From Macrostomum lignano (lineage: Eukaryota), in assembly GCA_002269645.1 (NCBI GenBank), contig NIVC01002769.1:1-64000 (forward strand): a DNA stretch of 64,000 bases. The letters run 5' to 3'. How positions within the stretch are numbered: position 1 is the first letter of the stretch; each line of letters begins with the position of its first letter. Below the pieces are notes generated by a model. It was not told the origin of the DNA and searched no databases. It worked only from the letters and a program-made list of their open reading frames with translations. Below are positions 24,600 through 38,100 of this stretch, piece after piece. The position numbers and the translations under genes are program-made.

Positions 24600-27500
24600 T
24601 TAGAAGTCACGAAAATACTCCTGGCCGATGGCGCTGGACGAGGGCACCCGTTTCCAGTCCTGCTCCTCGTACTTGTCGTAGCAGCTGGTGTCGCCCGGGT
24701 GCTGCACCTGCGGCACGATGGGCGGCGCCAGTTTCCTCGAATAGACCTGGTCCCAGTCGAGGCCGCGGAACCAGCGATGAGAGCGGACGTCCTCGGCGCC
24801 GCTTTTCATGTTGCCAAGGCGTTTAGTTCGGTCTTGGACTAGCAGTTTGCGGACTAGATCGCGGGCCTGCGATGTAAATAATAGTTAAATGTTTATATTT
24901 CTACTTACAGTAGACTAAAAAGACAAGTTACCGTTTTTGAAAAAAAACAATTTTCTAAAAATGTTTACATTTTTACTTACAGTAGACTAAATAGACAAGT
25001 TACCGCTTTTTTAAATTAATTTTTTTAAAAAGGTTATAAGTCTACTTTTGTCTACTTAGAGTAGACAAAATTTAAAAAATTAGTAGGTTCACATTAGTAG
25101 GTAAAAAGCAAACGTTTTCTAGATAGAATCAACTTGAATTATTAATGACTTACTAACTACGAGTATGAAAAAAATTGTTGTAAATCACTTATAAAACCAG
25201 AATGAAAACTGTTTTAAAAAATGGAAAATCATACCAACCTGAGGATCTGTTTGAGCCGAGACGGGAAACTCAAACCGGCCATTGAGAATTTTCTGATAGA
25301 TCTGCATGGGACTGTCGTCGTAAAATGGCGGAGTTCCAACCAGCATCTCGTAGATGAGAACACCGAGAGCCCAGTAGTCAACTGCGCGATTGTAGCCCTT
25401 GCCCATGATGATCTCGGGCGCTGCGAAGACAGTCATTTTGAGGGGTGCTTGGTGGGTGATAGTGGCTTATGGTATGATTGGTCATCGCAACTCTATGACC
25501 AATTTTATGATCGGTCATTGCATCCATCTGACCAATTTTATGATCGGACATTGCATCCATCTGACCAATTTTATGATCGGACATTGCATCCATCTGACCA
25601 ATTTTATGATCGGACATTGCATCCATCTGACCAATTTTATGATCGGTCATTGCATCCATCTGACCAATTTTATGATCGGTCATTGCATCCATCTGACCAA
25701 TTTTATGATCGATCATTGCACCTATCTGACCAATTTTATGATCGGACATTGCATCCATCTGACCAATTTTATGATCGGACATTGCATCCATCTGACCAAT
25801 TTTATGATCGGACATTGCACCTATCTGACCAATTTTATGATCGGACATTGCACCTATCTGACCAATTTTATGATCGGTCATTGCATCCATCTGACCAATT
25901 TTATGATCGATCATTGCATCCATCTGACCAATTTTATGATCGATCATTGCATCCATCTGACCAATTTTTGATCCGTGATTGCAACTCTATGACCAATTTT
26001 ATGATCAGTCACTGCATAAACAAAAGAACTGACTTATTTTATATGACCAATTGTCCTTCGCATGACCTTCTTCATGACCGGTCATTTACGCAATTACATT
26101 TTTCCATTGAGCGAGCGCCCTATTTAGATAAGCCAATTTAAACTAGGGGGTTTAAATATTTTACACCAAATAAATTTGGTTAAAAATGCACGAGAAACCT
26201 AGGGACAGATACAAGACAATTTTATAAGCCTAACCATTTTCACTAGCAATGCTCTGTGAGACTTGCGCAGAATTAAACATTGACCTTAAAGAATTCCAGC
26301 TCAAATTGACCTTAGATAGCCCCGAATGAAGGCAACTACCTGGAATTCTGTGATTAGAAACAGCTGACTAATTTCCCAATCTCAATATATCTCAGTTTGT
26401 TCTCAATGTACTCTCTAAAGTACATCGCAAACATATACAGCGCATTTTCTCCCGCTGAAATATTATTTTGGCAGTCTTTTAGTTGAACAGTTTTAATCAT
26501 GGTAGGCTCAACTATTTGCCTGAAATTTTAACTACTATTTTATTTTAATTCATTTCAAAATCTCACCCTCTCATCTCCCAAAATCCCGCCCTTTCCGACT
26601 CTACAATCTCAGCCCCTTGACTCTAAAATCTCAGCCCCTTGACTCTAAAATCTCAGCCCCTTGACTCTACAATCTCAGCCCCTTGACTCTAAAATCTCAG
26701 CCCCTTGACTCTAAAATCTCAGCCCCTTGACTCTAAAATCTCACCCCCTTGACTCTAAAATCTCACCCCCTTGACTCTAAAATCTCAGCCCCTTGACTCT
26801 AAAATCTCAGCCCCTCGACTCTAAAATCTCAGCCCCTTGACTCTACAATCTCAGCCCCTTGACTCTAAAATCTCAGCCCCTTGACTCTAAAATCTCAGCC
26901 CCTTGACTCTAAAATCTCAGCCCCTCGACTCTAAAATCTCAGCCCCTTGACTCTAAAATCTCAGCCCCTCGACTCTACAATCTCAGCCCCTTGACTCTAA
27001 AATCTCAGCCCCTTGACTCTAAAATCTCAGCCCCTTGACTCTAAAATCTCAGCCCCTTGACTCTAAAATCTCAGCCCCTTGACTCTAAAACCAATCCCTC
27101 GATTCTCAAATCTCACCCCTCGACTCTAAAATCTATCCCTCGATTCTTAAATCTCACCCCTCGACTCTAAAATCTATCCCCCGATTCTTAAATCTCACCC
27201 TTAACTCTCAAATTTCACACCTTCCATTCTTAACTCTCACCTATCGATTATCAAATCTCCTCTCTTCGACTCTACAATCAGCCCCTCAGCCCCTCAGCCC
27301 CTTGACTCTACAATCTCAGCCCCTTGACTGTACAATCTCAGCCCCTTGACTCTACAATCTCAGCCCCTTGACTCTACAATCTCAGCCCCTTGACTCTACA
27401 ATCTCAGCCCCTCGACTCTACAATCTCAGCCCCTTGACTCTACAATCTCAGCCCCTTGACTCTACAATCTCAGCCCCTCGACTCTACAATCTCAGCCCCT

Positions 27501-28196
27501 CGACTCTACAATCTCAGCCCCTTGACTCTACAATCTCAGCCCCTTGACTCTACAATCTCAGCCCCTCGAAAAAATAGGCTACCAGAACTCACCCAGATAC
27601 TCGGGCGTGCCGCACATAGTATAAGTCCTATCCTTCAGCACTTTAGCGAAACCAAAGTCCGTGATCTTCAAATGACCCCGAGCATCAAGTAGCAGATTCT
27701 CGGGCTTCAGATCCCGATACACAACTGACATGTCGTGCAGGTACATGATAGCTGACAGAATCTCCGCAGCATAAAACAGCGTGGCAGCATTAGAAAAAGT
27801 ACCCGATGTTCTTAAATAGGAGAATATCTCGCCGCCGCAGACAAACTCGAACACCATGTAGAGAAACTTAATGTCGTGATTGGTCCAGTACAGCTTCACT
27901 AGGAATGGGTGACTCACGGTGTTCAATATAGCTTTCTCATTCTTGACATGCTCCACCTGCTTCAATCGCATCACATCGTCAATAACTAGAATTTTCAGTG
28001 CAAAATATTCATCAGTGTTTTTCTCTCGGATGACCATGACACGGCCGAAGGTGCCAGTGCCGACTGTGCGCAACAGTTCAGCATTACGCAACGAGAATTT
28101 TGACCAATCGACCAAGGATGGCTGATCCAGAGGTGCGTCCTCTGCAAGCTGCAGCTGCTGGACAGAAGAGGCCAGTCTCTCTGCGCCTTCAGCCAT
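24600..28196 (-). CDS. PRKX: PRKX-like cAMP-dependent protein kinase catalytic subunit, 350 aa; exons 28196-27593, 25420-25239, 24866-24600
   Basis: Intact AGC kinase motifs: [38 protein letters not shown] and C-terminal FxxF (YFRDF). PRKX-type stretches include [20 protein letters not shown] and GDTS. Intron phases 1 and 0 fit. Confidence 0.93.
25490..26010. repeat. Intronic minisatellite, 33-bp unit TGACCAATTTTATGATCGGACATTGCATCCATC
   Basis: About 15 copies in PRKX intron 1. Source of the 306/192/190-aa ORFs. Confidence 0.95.
26595..27570. repeat. Intronic minisatellite, 22-bp unit CTCAGCCCCTTGACTCTAAAAT with a degenerate middle block
   Basis: About 40 copies, starting ~20 bp after the PRKX exon-1 donor. 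Confidence 0.95.
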
Positions 28197-30965
28197 GCAA
28201 ACAACTGGAGTCTTCAACTAAATAACTAAACCAAAGTAGTTAACTTTATTCAAGTCGAACCAATGGCAGAACTGGAATTTGAAAAAAATGTAATACCAAT
28301 TAAAATGCAACCTTTATCTCTATCTTATCAGTTCATATTGCAAAGCCTCTAAGACCCACAACAGTTGCAGAAATCCCCAGACTCCAGAATTATTTTAACT
28401 TTACTTTGAAATAAATCAAATAAATATCATCCAGTTTAGAAAAATATTGAAAAGTTTTCTAACATACTTACTATTTTACTTAGTTTTATTTAGCCACAAC
28501 TATTGAAATATCAATAATTAATTGCAGACTAAGCAATAACTTTTCTAGATAATACAAACAAATATTTGTTAAACTTATAATAGAAAAGAGTTAAGATACA
28601 AAGATTCAGAAAATATTGTCCGGGGTGAGGTTTAAACCCCCTCTACCCTGATATCATTACCATGGGCCATATCTCTATAAGGTATCATTCCATAAGTTAC
28701 ATCATAATCAAGTATGATTTTCCTAAGCTAATACTGGCATACAAAAAAGCACATCTATTAGGCCAGCCCATACATTACACTCTAATTTACAGCTCACTGT
28801 TAGTTTGTTGTTTGTAAAATATTTTATTTTATTGTAATTTTATTATTGAAGGCCCTTTAAAACCAGATAAGATGAATTTGTAAACAGTTAAACCTATATT
28901 TCTTTGTAAACCTTTGTAAACCTAAAGTCTGGAATATCTCAATCTTGAGAATCCTAGGATTTTTTAAGTCTGGGATATCCTGATTGAAAGAATCCTAGGC
29001 TTGGCAAAACTAAAGATTTTATATTCCTTAGTTGGCAAATAATTTTGCCATAGAAATTAGTGAAAAATTGTATAAGCACAAAAATAATAGAAATAAGGCC
29101 TATAATTTTTAAACTGATAGTTCAAGTTCTAAGTTCTAAAGCTAAAATAGACCTATATTATAGATTTTCTAGTTTGTGTAGATGATAAAAAGTTCCTTAG
29201 GCCTAGGCTTAGGCAATACTTATAAAGAAATAACATATGCACACATATATAATGCTTTATAAGTAGCACTTGACTAAGGACACAATTATTGCTATATAAA
29301 AAATTGGCTTTAGTATAATAATAATAAAGTAGAATCAAATATCTAGAATTAAGGTATATTGCTAACAACTATAAAAAGCTTTGATCTAGCAAATATTTAT
29401 TGATGTTTTTGTTCTGACCTTTGACCTAATTTCATTTACCTTTAAGACTTTGACAATGTATATACAGTAGTAGATGCTTTAATAAGATTAAAGATTTCAG
29501 TGCTAATTTGTTAGTAAACAATGACAAAGGTTTTTTATTCTATAAACAATAGATATTATAGCTATAGTACATGTGTATAGATATTGAGTCATTGACAATT
29601 GACAATTGTAACCAAAAGGACTGGTTACCCATTCTTCAAATTGTGGGCCTATTAGTATACCCCAAGTCTAATGCTAGAAAAAATTATGAGACCTCATTTA
29701 TACATTAAAACCCAAAAAATTGTCATTGACACAATGTGTCCACTGCATCATATATGTAGTATGCCAAAAATATATGTGGATATAGGTTGAAAATTAGGAA
29801 ATGTCCTTGTTGTAAATCAGGAAATCCTAATGTACTTATGGCTTTTAGTCAATCTAGCTATAAGACGATTTGGCAATAGACAATCCAGTGACAATCAAAA
29901 TAGCAACAAGACAATCTAGCAACAGATAATCTGACAATATTTAAAATAGGCAATGGCAATAGACAATCTAGCAATATATTTTATATTATAAATTTTATAT
30001 AGATTTAAGATATAAACAAAATTTAACATGAGTTTTAATTTTATATAGGCTTATATAAAGAATTCATATTAGGATAGTATCTTTGTAATAAAAAGAAATA
30101 TTGAACATTATGGCTATACTTCTAATATAGTTTAGTACATCATATCAAAATATTTTAATATTATAATAGTACTAATTTTTTATATGTAACAATTGTTAGA
30201 GCTATCTATCTAGTTCTAACTTCCAATTGATATTTCTATTAAGCTACAATGTGGAACTACTAGGTGGTTTGGCATTTGCTTATATAGCCTAACTAATGTG
30301 TGTCCTGTCCCTTAGTAAAAATAAATAACATATCAATTATTCAATGTATTTTCCCTTTTTATAGCAGTATTATCAATATAGGCCTAAGAAAAAACGCTAT
30401 TAAAACCCAAAGATTTTGAACCCACTACCCACTAAATTTCAATATATGGAACTCTAACATATACCCTTATTTTATTAAAAAATAATATAATGATTATTAA
30501 TAGGCCCTAACTATAAATAACAATTTCAAATAATTATAATTATACAGATAAAAGCTCTCTAATCTGTTTAAATATCAAATAGGCCCCTAGCCGATTTAAT
30601 AGCTTTTTACTACACCTTGTTGCCAGATTCAGATTGACTATTACCATTTTGACTATCACCAAATCATCTCTTGCTGGATCGTCCTGTTGCTAGATTAACT
30701 AGAATCTCTATATATAGATAGGCCTATTATAAATATTAGATATTATACATGTTTTCTTCTAAACTATGGCTAGGGTTGGTTAGGCCTACCCCTATTGTGT
30801 TAGCACTGAGCCACCAACTAAGTAGGCCTAAGTCTGTATATGTCAAAGAATAAAAAAATTATCAAAGAACCTATGTCAAAGAAAGAAAGAAAGAAACTGT
30901 CAAAGAATCAAAGAATAAAAAACTAGAACTTTGACTTGAGTTTACAAAAAAAATTATATATCCTT

Positions 30966-31341
30966 GAGCCTCTTTATATCGCCGGTTTGATAACAGAACT
31001 GGTTCCGAACCAGTTTGACGCTCTTCATATCAATGGTTTGAAAAACAGAATCAGTTCTGGAACATGGTTCTGGTTCTAGAATATGGTTCAAGAAATTTTC
31101 TCGAACCGTTGTCATGTTTACACTTTACCAGTAAACATATTTGAAATCGGCAATTTTTTATTATTGTTATATAAATATTCCTTTTTTGTCATATCCAAGA
31201 GGAAACAAAGTCAAAGAATGACAAAGTTAAATTGTAGACTGTCAAACATGAAATGGGTTCTAAGCTCCTCATTTCACACTGGTTCTGGTTCTAGAACTCG
31301 AATTTATTCTGGTTCTAGAACCGATTGCCGTGAAGAGGCTC
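30966..31341. mobile_element. Possible degenerate MITE (termini GAGCCTCTT.../...AAGAGGCTC) with internal CTGGTTCTAGAA repeats
   Basis: Imperfect ~23-bp inverted termini and repeated GGTTCTAGAAC motifs. Confidence 0.4.
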
Positions 31342-34300
31342 AATTTCAATATTTTTGTGAAACTTTTTGTGAACCAAAATAAACATAAATAAAAAAGTCG
31401 TTTCGTCTGCTAAAATTCTTTGGCAGACGAAAAGGCGGCAGACGAAATGACCGCAGACCGTAAAAAATAGTAACTATGGCTAACATTTGTTTAAAATAAC
31501 TTAATAATTGGGCAATATTTCTATAGTAATTTTGAGTTCATACAAAGACAATGGACAGTGAGCGGACTAAAAGAACTAAAAATCGTTGTTTGTTGGCCTT
31601 GGCTTGGCGGCCCTTGACTTGGCTGTAGTAGGCTGCTGTTGTTGCATTAAAATGAATATTTTCTACGAAACTATTAAACTTGAATTTGCGCGAATTTACA
31701 TATTTGTTATATATCTAGAGGCAAAGGCAAAAATAACAAAAGCCAAGTAAGTTACACAGATGCGCAATAATAAGTTTAGTGAAAAGAAACAAAAGTCTAG
31801 CACTTTTTAGTCAGTACTAAATTTTTTGTATAAAATGTATTGTATTTGATTAGGGGTGTTCTTAGAAAAATTATATCCATTCCGTTTAAAAATACAATAA
31901 AAAATGTTGGTATTGAGGTTCAAGCATTCAATTCATTCAAGCATTCAGGCATCTGTATTTATTTTTTTAACCAGGCCTAGGCCTAGCTAATGTAATAAAA
32001 TTGATTTGAATAATTTAATTTTTTGACTTTAAAAATAGGCACAAAATTATAAACATAATAACATAATTTTATTCAGTCAATTCAGATAGTTAATTTTACT
32101 GACTGTTTAAAATAAAACAGTCCTAAAACCATTGTTTAGGTCTAGTTAACTTAGAGAGGGATCAATAGATTAGGAGTTATTAATGTCGCATGTAAATCTT
32201 GATGTTTTATTTAATTTTAGCCAATTTTAAAATATTCAAAACTTTTTCAATGCACTGCATGATTCCTAAAACTAAGTAAAACTAAGTAGGCTAAATGGCA
32301 CTTAGCCATGTTTGTTTATCCTAGATGACTTTGCAAATGGCACTTCACTTAGGACCTACTAGGCCTATAAATATATTTTAGCAGAGGATATATATATTAC
32401 TCCCATTCTCTTTTTTGGGTAGACTAGAAAGGGTAGGCCCTATGAGTGTGCCCTTCATTTATCTTTGCAAATGAAGTCACTTCCCTTAGTGCTTAATTGT
32501 TGTAAGCACATCTATAGACAAATATTATATATATAACTAGACCTAGCCATAGATTATAAAAGATGGGCAAGTTACGGGTAAGTTAATAGAAAGTGAGGTT
32601 GAGGCATTGTAGGGCCTAACCACTGCTAAAGTATAAAGTTAGAGCAAGTGACAAAATCATCTATAGAAATTACTCAGAATGCTAAAAATTGACAATTTAA
32701 TAAAAAGCTTTCAAGAAAAAAATATCATTAGACTATAGGCCTACTTGCAATTTTTTTAGAAGTATAAAGACAGTTTCAATAATAGATATGACTGCTAAGA
32801 AGCCATGGGAGCTTTGCAATCCTTGTCTGTTAACTCAACTTAACTGGCTATTAGGTTGTCAATTACAGATAATAGCAACTGCAAGAATGATAACAACATT
32901 CTGCTAGGCAAATTTTAGGCCCAAGTTAAAGTAGCTAGCTACAAGTGCAAATACATAGAGTCCTTGGTTATAAGGCAATGATCTAATTTAAGTGGACTTC
33001 ATTGCACTAATTAAGAAAGCTCACAAATTAATAGTTAGTATATTTGGCATTATTGAGAGCAAGAAATGCATTTACATTAGGGGCTAGGCCTAGTTGCTTT
33101 TTTAAACTCTTCAAATCTATGTGCAAGTGCAAAGAATGCTAGTAAGCATTGAAAGTTAATGGTTTAGAAGTGATATACTTTCTATAGCTAAAAAGGATAG
33201 AACTAGAAACTTGGTCATCCTCAAAAGGCAGTTTGTCTTATCTATAGTCTATCAAAAAGAGCATACCTTCATGATAATAGATAGCTATTTATTTTGTAAG
33301 GGTTGAGGTCAATGGCTGCAAGAAAAGTTCTTTCCCATTGTTCTTGCTATTCTCACACACACACACAGCTTGGTCTCAAATCATAATGAATGCTACACCA
33401 GGGTAATGGCTAAATTGTTTGTTAGAATTCCCCTGTATCACTGGTGCAATAGTCAGAGTTCACTTAGCAAAAAAGTGAAGGTGTACAACAAAATTGAAAA
33501 TTACTGAAGAGAAGAAGCTAATGTGAATTAGTGTTGTTTAACTGCCATTTAAAGATGCAAATAAATGCTATTCAATTGAACTTTTAAAGATTCAAGTTTT
33601 GACTTTGTAAATAAACTAAAGTCCTGGTTTTTATATTATATTTTTTAATAGAATCTATTATTGCTTTTGATACTTTGCTAAATTTTTCTTTGCTAGTTAA
33701 TACTACTGGCTATAGACTTCACAACAAAGGTAGTGCAAACAATTTTTAATTTGGCTTTGTAAAAAATGCAATATACTTTGTGATGTATAAATGTAACATT
33801 ATATATACGAATATATTAATAGGCCTAATTTGGCCTAGTTGGCAATGTTGATACATAAAAGGAGAAATAGAAATACATTATTTATTTTACCAAATATATG
33901 TACTATGCTATAGTTATTGTACATAATCAACATTAATTTTTAGCTAGATAACCATATGACACTGCATTGCTGCCAAGGTTTCTATAATAGTTCATTTGTC
34001 TGCTAATAGTTTTTCTGCTAAGTGGATAAAAAGCATTTTCTTCTACAACTGTTTATCTATTTAGAAATTGGGATAGGATAGGGAAAAGGATAGGACGCCA
34101 CTTAATAATGTCTTTGTTAATATTGTTTAAATGCTCTGGGTTCTATAATTTTAACTAACTATTTACAATATACATGCAATATCTATACTGACTACAGATA
34201 GAATAAGCTAATTAGAAACCAGTGGAACCAAAACTGCAATTTTGAAAGTCAAGATGCTATAGCATCTATATTATATAAAAAATAAACCTAGGCCCTAGCT

Positions 34301-35114
34301 AAATAAAACCTAGCACCATAGATCAGAAGGCAAAATGAACACTAGAATTACCCAATATACAAGGGTTAAATATCAATACATAATTGTCTTAGGATTTTTT
34401 CTTGAATTTTTTTGTATTCCTAGAATCCTTTCTATTTCAAATCACTAACAATTTAAATCCTTTTGAATTTAAGAAAAAATTGTTGTTTTGCAAAAATTGT
34501 TTCTATATAGTTTTATAGCAACATTTATAACAAATATAATTTTTTATTATTAATATTATTTTCATATGTTTCAGATATAGACGTTACTTTTTTGCTTATA
34601 CTTATTAAAGCCAATTAAAAATTATATATTGCTATTATATAATATATATTAATGATGCTTTATTATCTAATTAGTGCTAAATAGACTTCATTTCTTTTAT
34701 TTTCTAACTTGTTCAATAAGAGTTGCTTAGGACTTAAAATATTAATGCCAAGTTAAATATTTTCTAGTTATATTGAATATAAGAGTTTTCTAAAAAAATT
34801 GGCTTTTTTATTAGCAATTCTGAGTAAAAATTAGGATCCTGATTTTTATAATCTGAAAGTTGATCACATGCAACCATCTTTAATTTTAGGTTCAACTATA
34901 ATTTAAAGCTAAAAATTGACTATTCTCTGTTGTATCTCAATTTATGTAATTAAATATTGATTTAAAATCAAGAAAAAATACTGTCAAGTATATAGCTAAT
35001 TAAAATTAGTGTGTATAAGTGTACATTCTTTGTGCACTCTATACTTTAACATAGAAGCAATAAGTATAAAACAATTGCTTATTAAATGCTGGTGCAGTAG
35101 ATCTGCATTGCACA

Positions 35115-38100
35115 ATGGATCTGACTAATGACTATAGTCTGCAGCCTCACCTACTGTCTATGGCTGCTTCATCTGACCAGGGTCAGCAGCAGCAGTCAAA
35201 GCCTCCTCAAGCACCACCACCAGAACCAGATGCTTATGTTGGCATGCGATTAGCAAACTCTTCATCATCTAGCGAGTCTCTTAATGCAATACCACCAAAT
35301 GACAATGGCAATGGCAAATACAATTATGACAATGAGGAAGTTATCTACCCATCATCGAGTCGGTTGCCTAGCAACCAATCTCAACGCGCTGGATCAGCTT
35401 ACACTTGTGCACCAGAGTTTCATACAGAATTAACCGATATTGCTCTTGACGCTTCCGAACCAACTACCAGCGCAGCAGCTACTAGCAGTAGTACTAGCGC
35501 TGCTACAGCTGGTTTTGAACAATATTCCGCCTACGATAATGATGAAAATCAAAACTGCGATAATGATTTTGATGATGACAGTGGAGCTACAGGTGGATCC
35601 TACTCTGGTGCTGTAGGAGGGGGAGGACTGCTAAACCCGAATGTGGTAGCTGACATTGCTAATGATATCCGGGATATTAAACGGGCAATTGCTCAACAGA
35701 GGAGGCCGCTACCTTCGGTCAAGTCTGGAATAGGCGGCGGCGGTTCCAGCAATGGAGGTGGCGGTGGGAGGGCGGACCAACAACAGACCAGCGATCCCAG
35801 TGACGGAGTGTGGGTTCGCATGCCGTGAGTAGCTATTTAATATATTTAGGACTTTGCAAATGTTATTTAAACTGCAGAATAACCAAGGATTAAGGATTTG
35901 CTGAGTCGTAAAATATTAAGGATTATCTGAGTCGTAAAAGATTAAGGATTAGCTGAGTCGTAAAAGATTAAGGATTAGCTGAGTCGTAAAAGATTAAGGA
36001 TTAGCTGAGTCGTAAAGGATTAAGGATTAGCTGAGTCGTAAAAGATTAAGGATTAGCTGAGTCGTAAAAGATTAAGGATTAGCTGAGTCGTAAAAGATTA
36101 AGAATTAGCTGAGTCATAAAGGATCAATGATTAGCTGAGTCATAAGAGATTAAGGATTAGCTGAGTCGTAAAAGATTAAGGATTAGCTGAGTCATAAAGG
36201 ATCAATGATTAGCTGAGTCATAAGGGATTAAAGATTAGCTGAGTCATAAGGGATTAAGGATTAGCTGAGTCGTAAAAGATTAAGGATTAGCTGAGTCGTA
36301 AAGTATCAATGATTAGCTGAGTCGTAAAGGAGCAATGATTAGCTGAGTCATAAGGGATTAAGGATTAGATGAGTCATAAAAGATTAAGGATTAGCTGAGT
36401 CATAAAAGGTTAGGTATTAGCTGAATCAAAAACATTAAGGATTATCAAAACCTAATAATATTGTTGTGATTTCTACTATTCCCAGAAGCCCACAGTCCAC
36501 CTCATCGCAAGCGCAGCAGCAACAGACTCATCAGCCCTCAAGTCCTCCGATTCCATCAACCGGACTCTACGAACATTCTCATCCGTTCTATGGCAATAGC
36601 GGCAATGCTACTTATAGTAGCACTGGCTACTCTGCTGCACCAACAGCTACCGGTGCGTCCAATGGCCATTCGACTCAGTCGGCTGGGAGCCGTCCTGCCG
36701 CCGCTGCCGCAGCAGTAGCACCGGCGGCTGCAGCTTCTCCAGACAGTTTGAGTCGTTCAGTGTCGACAACAGACAATCGGTTTGGCGGTGAGTGCTGTTT
36801 GGGTCTGTCTGGTTCTGTCTCAGTGATTTAATCAATATAATTATTGCTTTGTTAAATATGGTGGATGATCATGTTCTGAAAGTTTTTGTTTTCTAAACCT
36901 TGACATAGAGGGGGGACTGGGTAGAGGGGTCAGGGGTAGACAGGGGAGATGTAGAGAGTAGACACTGGAGTAGACACTAGTTATAGAAGAGGTAGACACT
37001 GGAGAGGTAAACAGGGGAGAGGTAGACAGGAGAGGTAAACAGGGGAGAGGTAGACAGGAGAGGTAGACAGGGGAGAGGTAGAAATGAGAGAGGTAGACAG
37101 GGGAGAGGTAGATAGGGAAGAAGTAGATAAGGTATAAGTAGGCAAGGGGAGAGGTAGGCAGGGATAGAGGTAGGCAAGGGGAAGAAGTAGATAAGGTATA
37201 GGTAAGGCAGGGGAGAGGTAGGCAGGAGAGAGACAGGCTGAGGAGAGGTAGGCAGGGGAGAGGTAGGCAGGAGAGAGACAGGCTGGGGAGAGGTAGGCAG
37301 GGGAGAGATAGACAGGGGAGAGGTAGGCAGGGGAGAGGTAGACAGGGGAGAGATATACAGGGGAGAGGTAGGCAGGGGAGAGGTAGGCAGGGGAGAGATA
37401 GGCAAGGGGAGAGGTAGGCAAGGGGAGAGGTAGGTAGGGGATAGATTTAAGGGGATAGGCAGCCTAGAGTTACAGGATATGATTAGAGGTATTCATGTAG
37501 CAGAAATCTGATCACTATGATTAATTTCAATTCTAACAGCGTTTGGCAAGATGCCAAATGAGTTAAATTTAACATACTCGCTATTTTGTGAGTGCACATA
37601 TTTTTACTTCAGTAGACTTCAGAAACATTAGGAAATCTGCATGTTAAATTTATGCATAATTTATGCCAGAGTGCCAATAACTTTATAAATGATAACTGCT
37701 ACATGGCATGATATAGTTTTCTGCTACAAATTTCAATATGTTCTAGCTAGAGGTATTAACATACGAGCGTAGTTATAATGTGATGGCCTTCGTGTAGCGG
37801 GTTTTTATAACTCTGCTATACGAGTATACGACGCGGTAGAAAGAGAGTAAGGAAGAGAAGAAAAGCTTAACAGGATGTTAAAAGAAATTTGTAATCTTGT
37901 AACTGTTTTCTATAAGATTAAAAATATTTTTCTCTAAGAAGTGTTACTAATATTAACACGGTGGTTGAAATTTATCATTCTATGCAAGTAGAAAATTGTG
38001 TTTTTGTACTGATTTTTTATAATTCAATTTTACGAAATATCTTTCTTTGAAGCACTTGGTGGACCAGTTTTTATGCAATAACGATTTAATTTACTTAAAG

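Noticed and set aside
25221-26141. 306/192/190-aa repeat ORFs ([11 protein letters not shown] etc.)
   Set aside because: 33-bp intronic array plus the antisense of PRKX exon 2. A unit length divisible by 3 explains the open frames.
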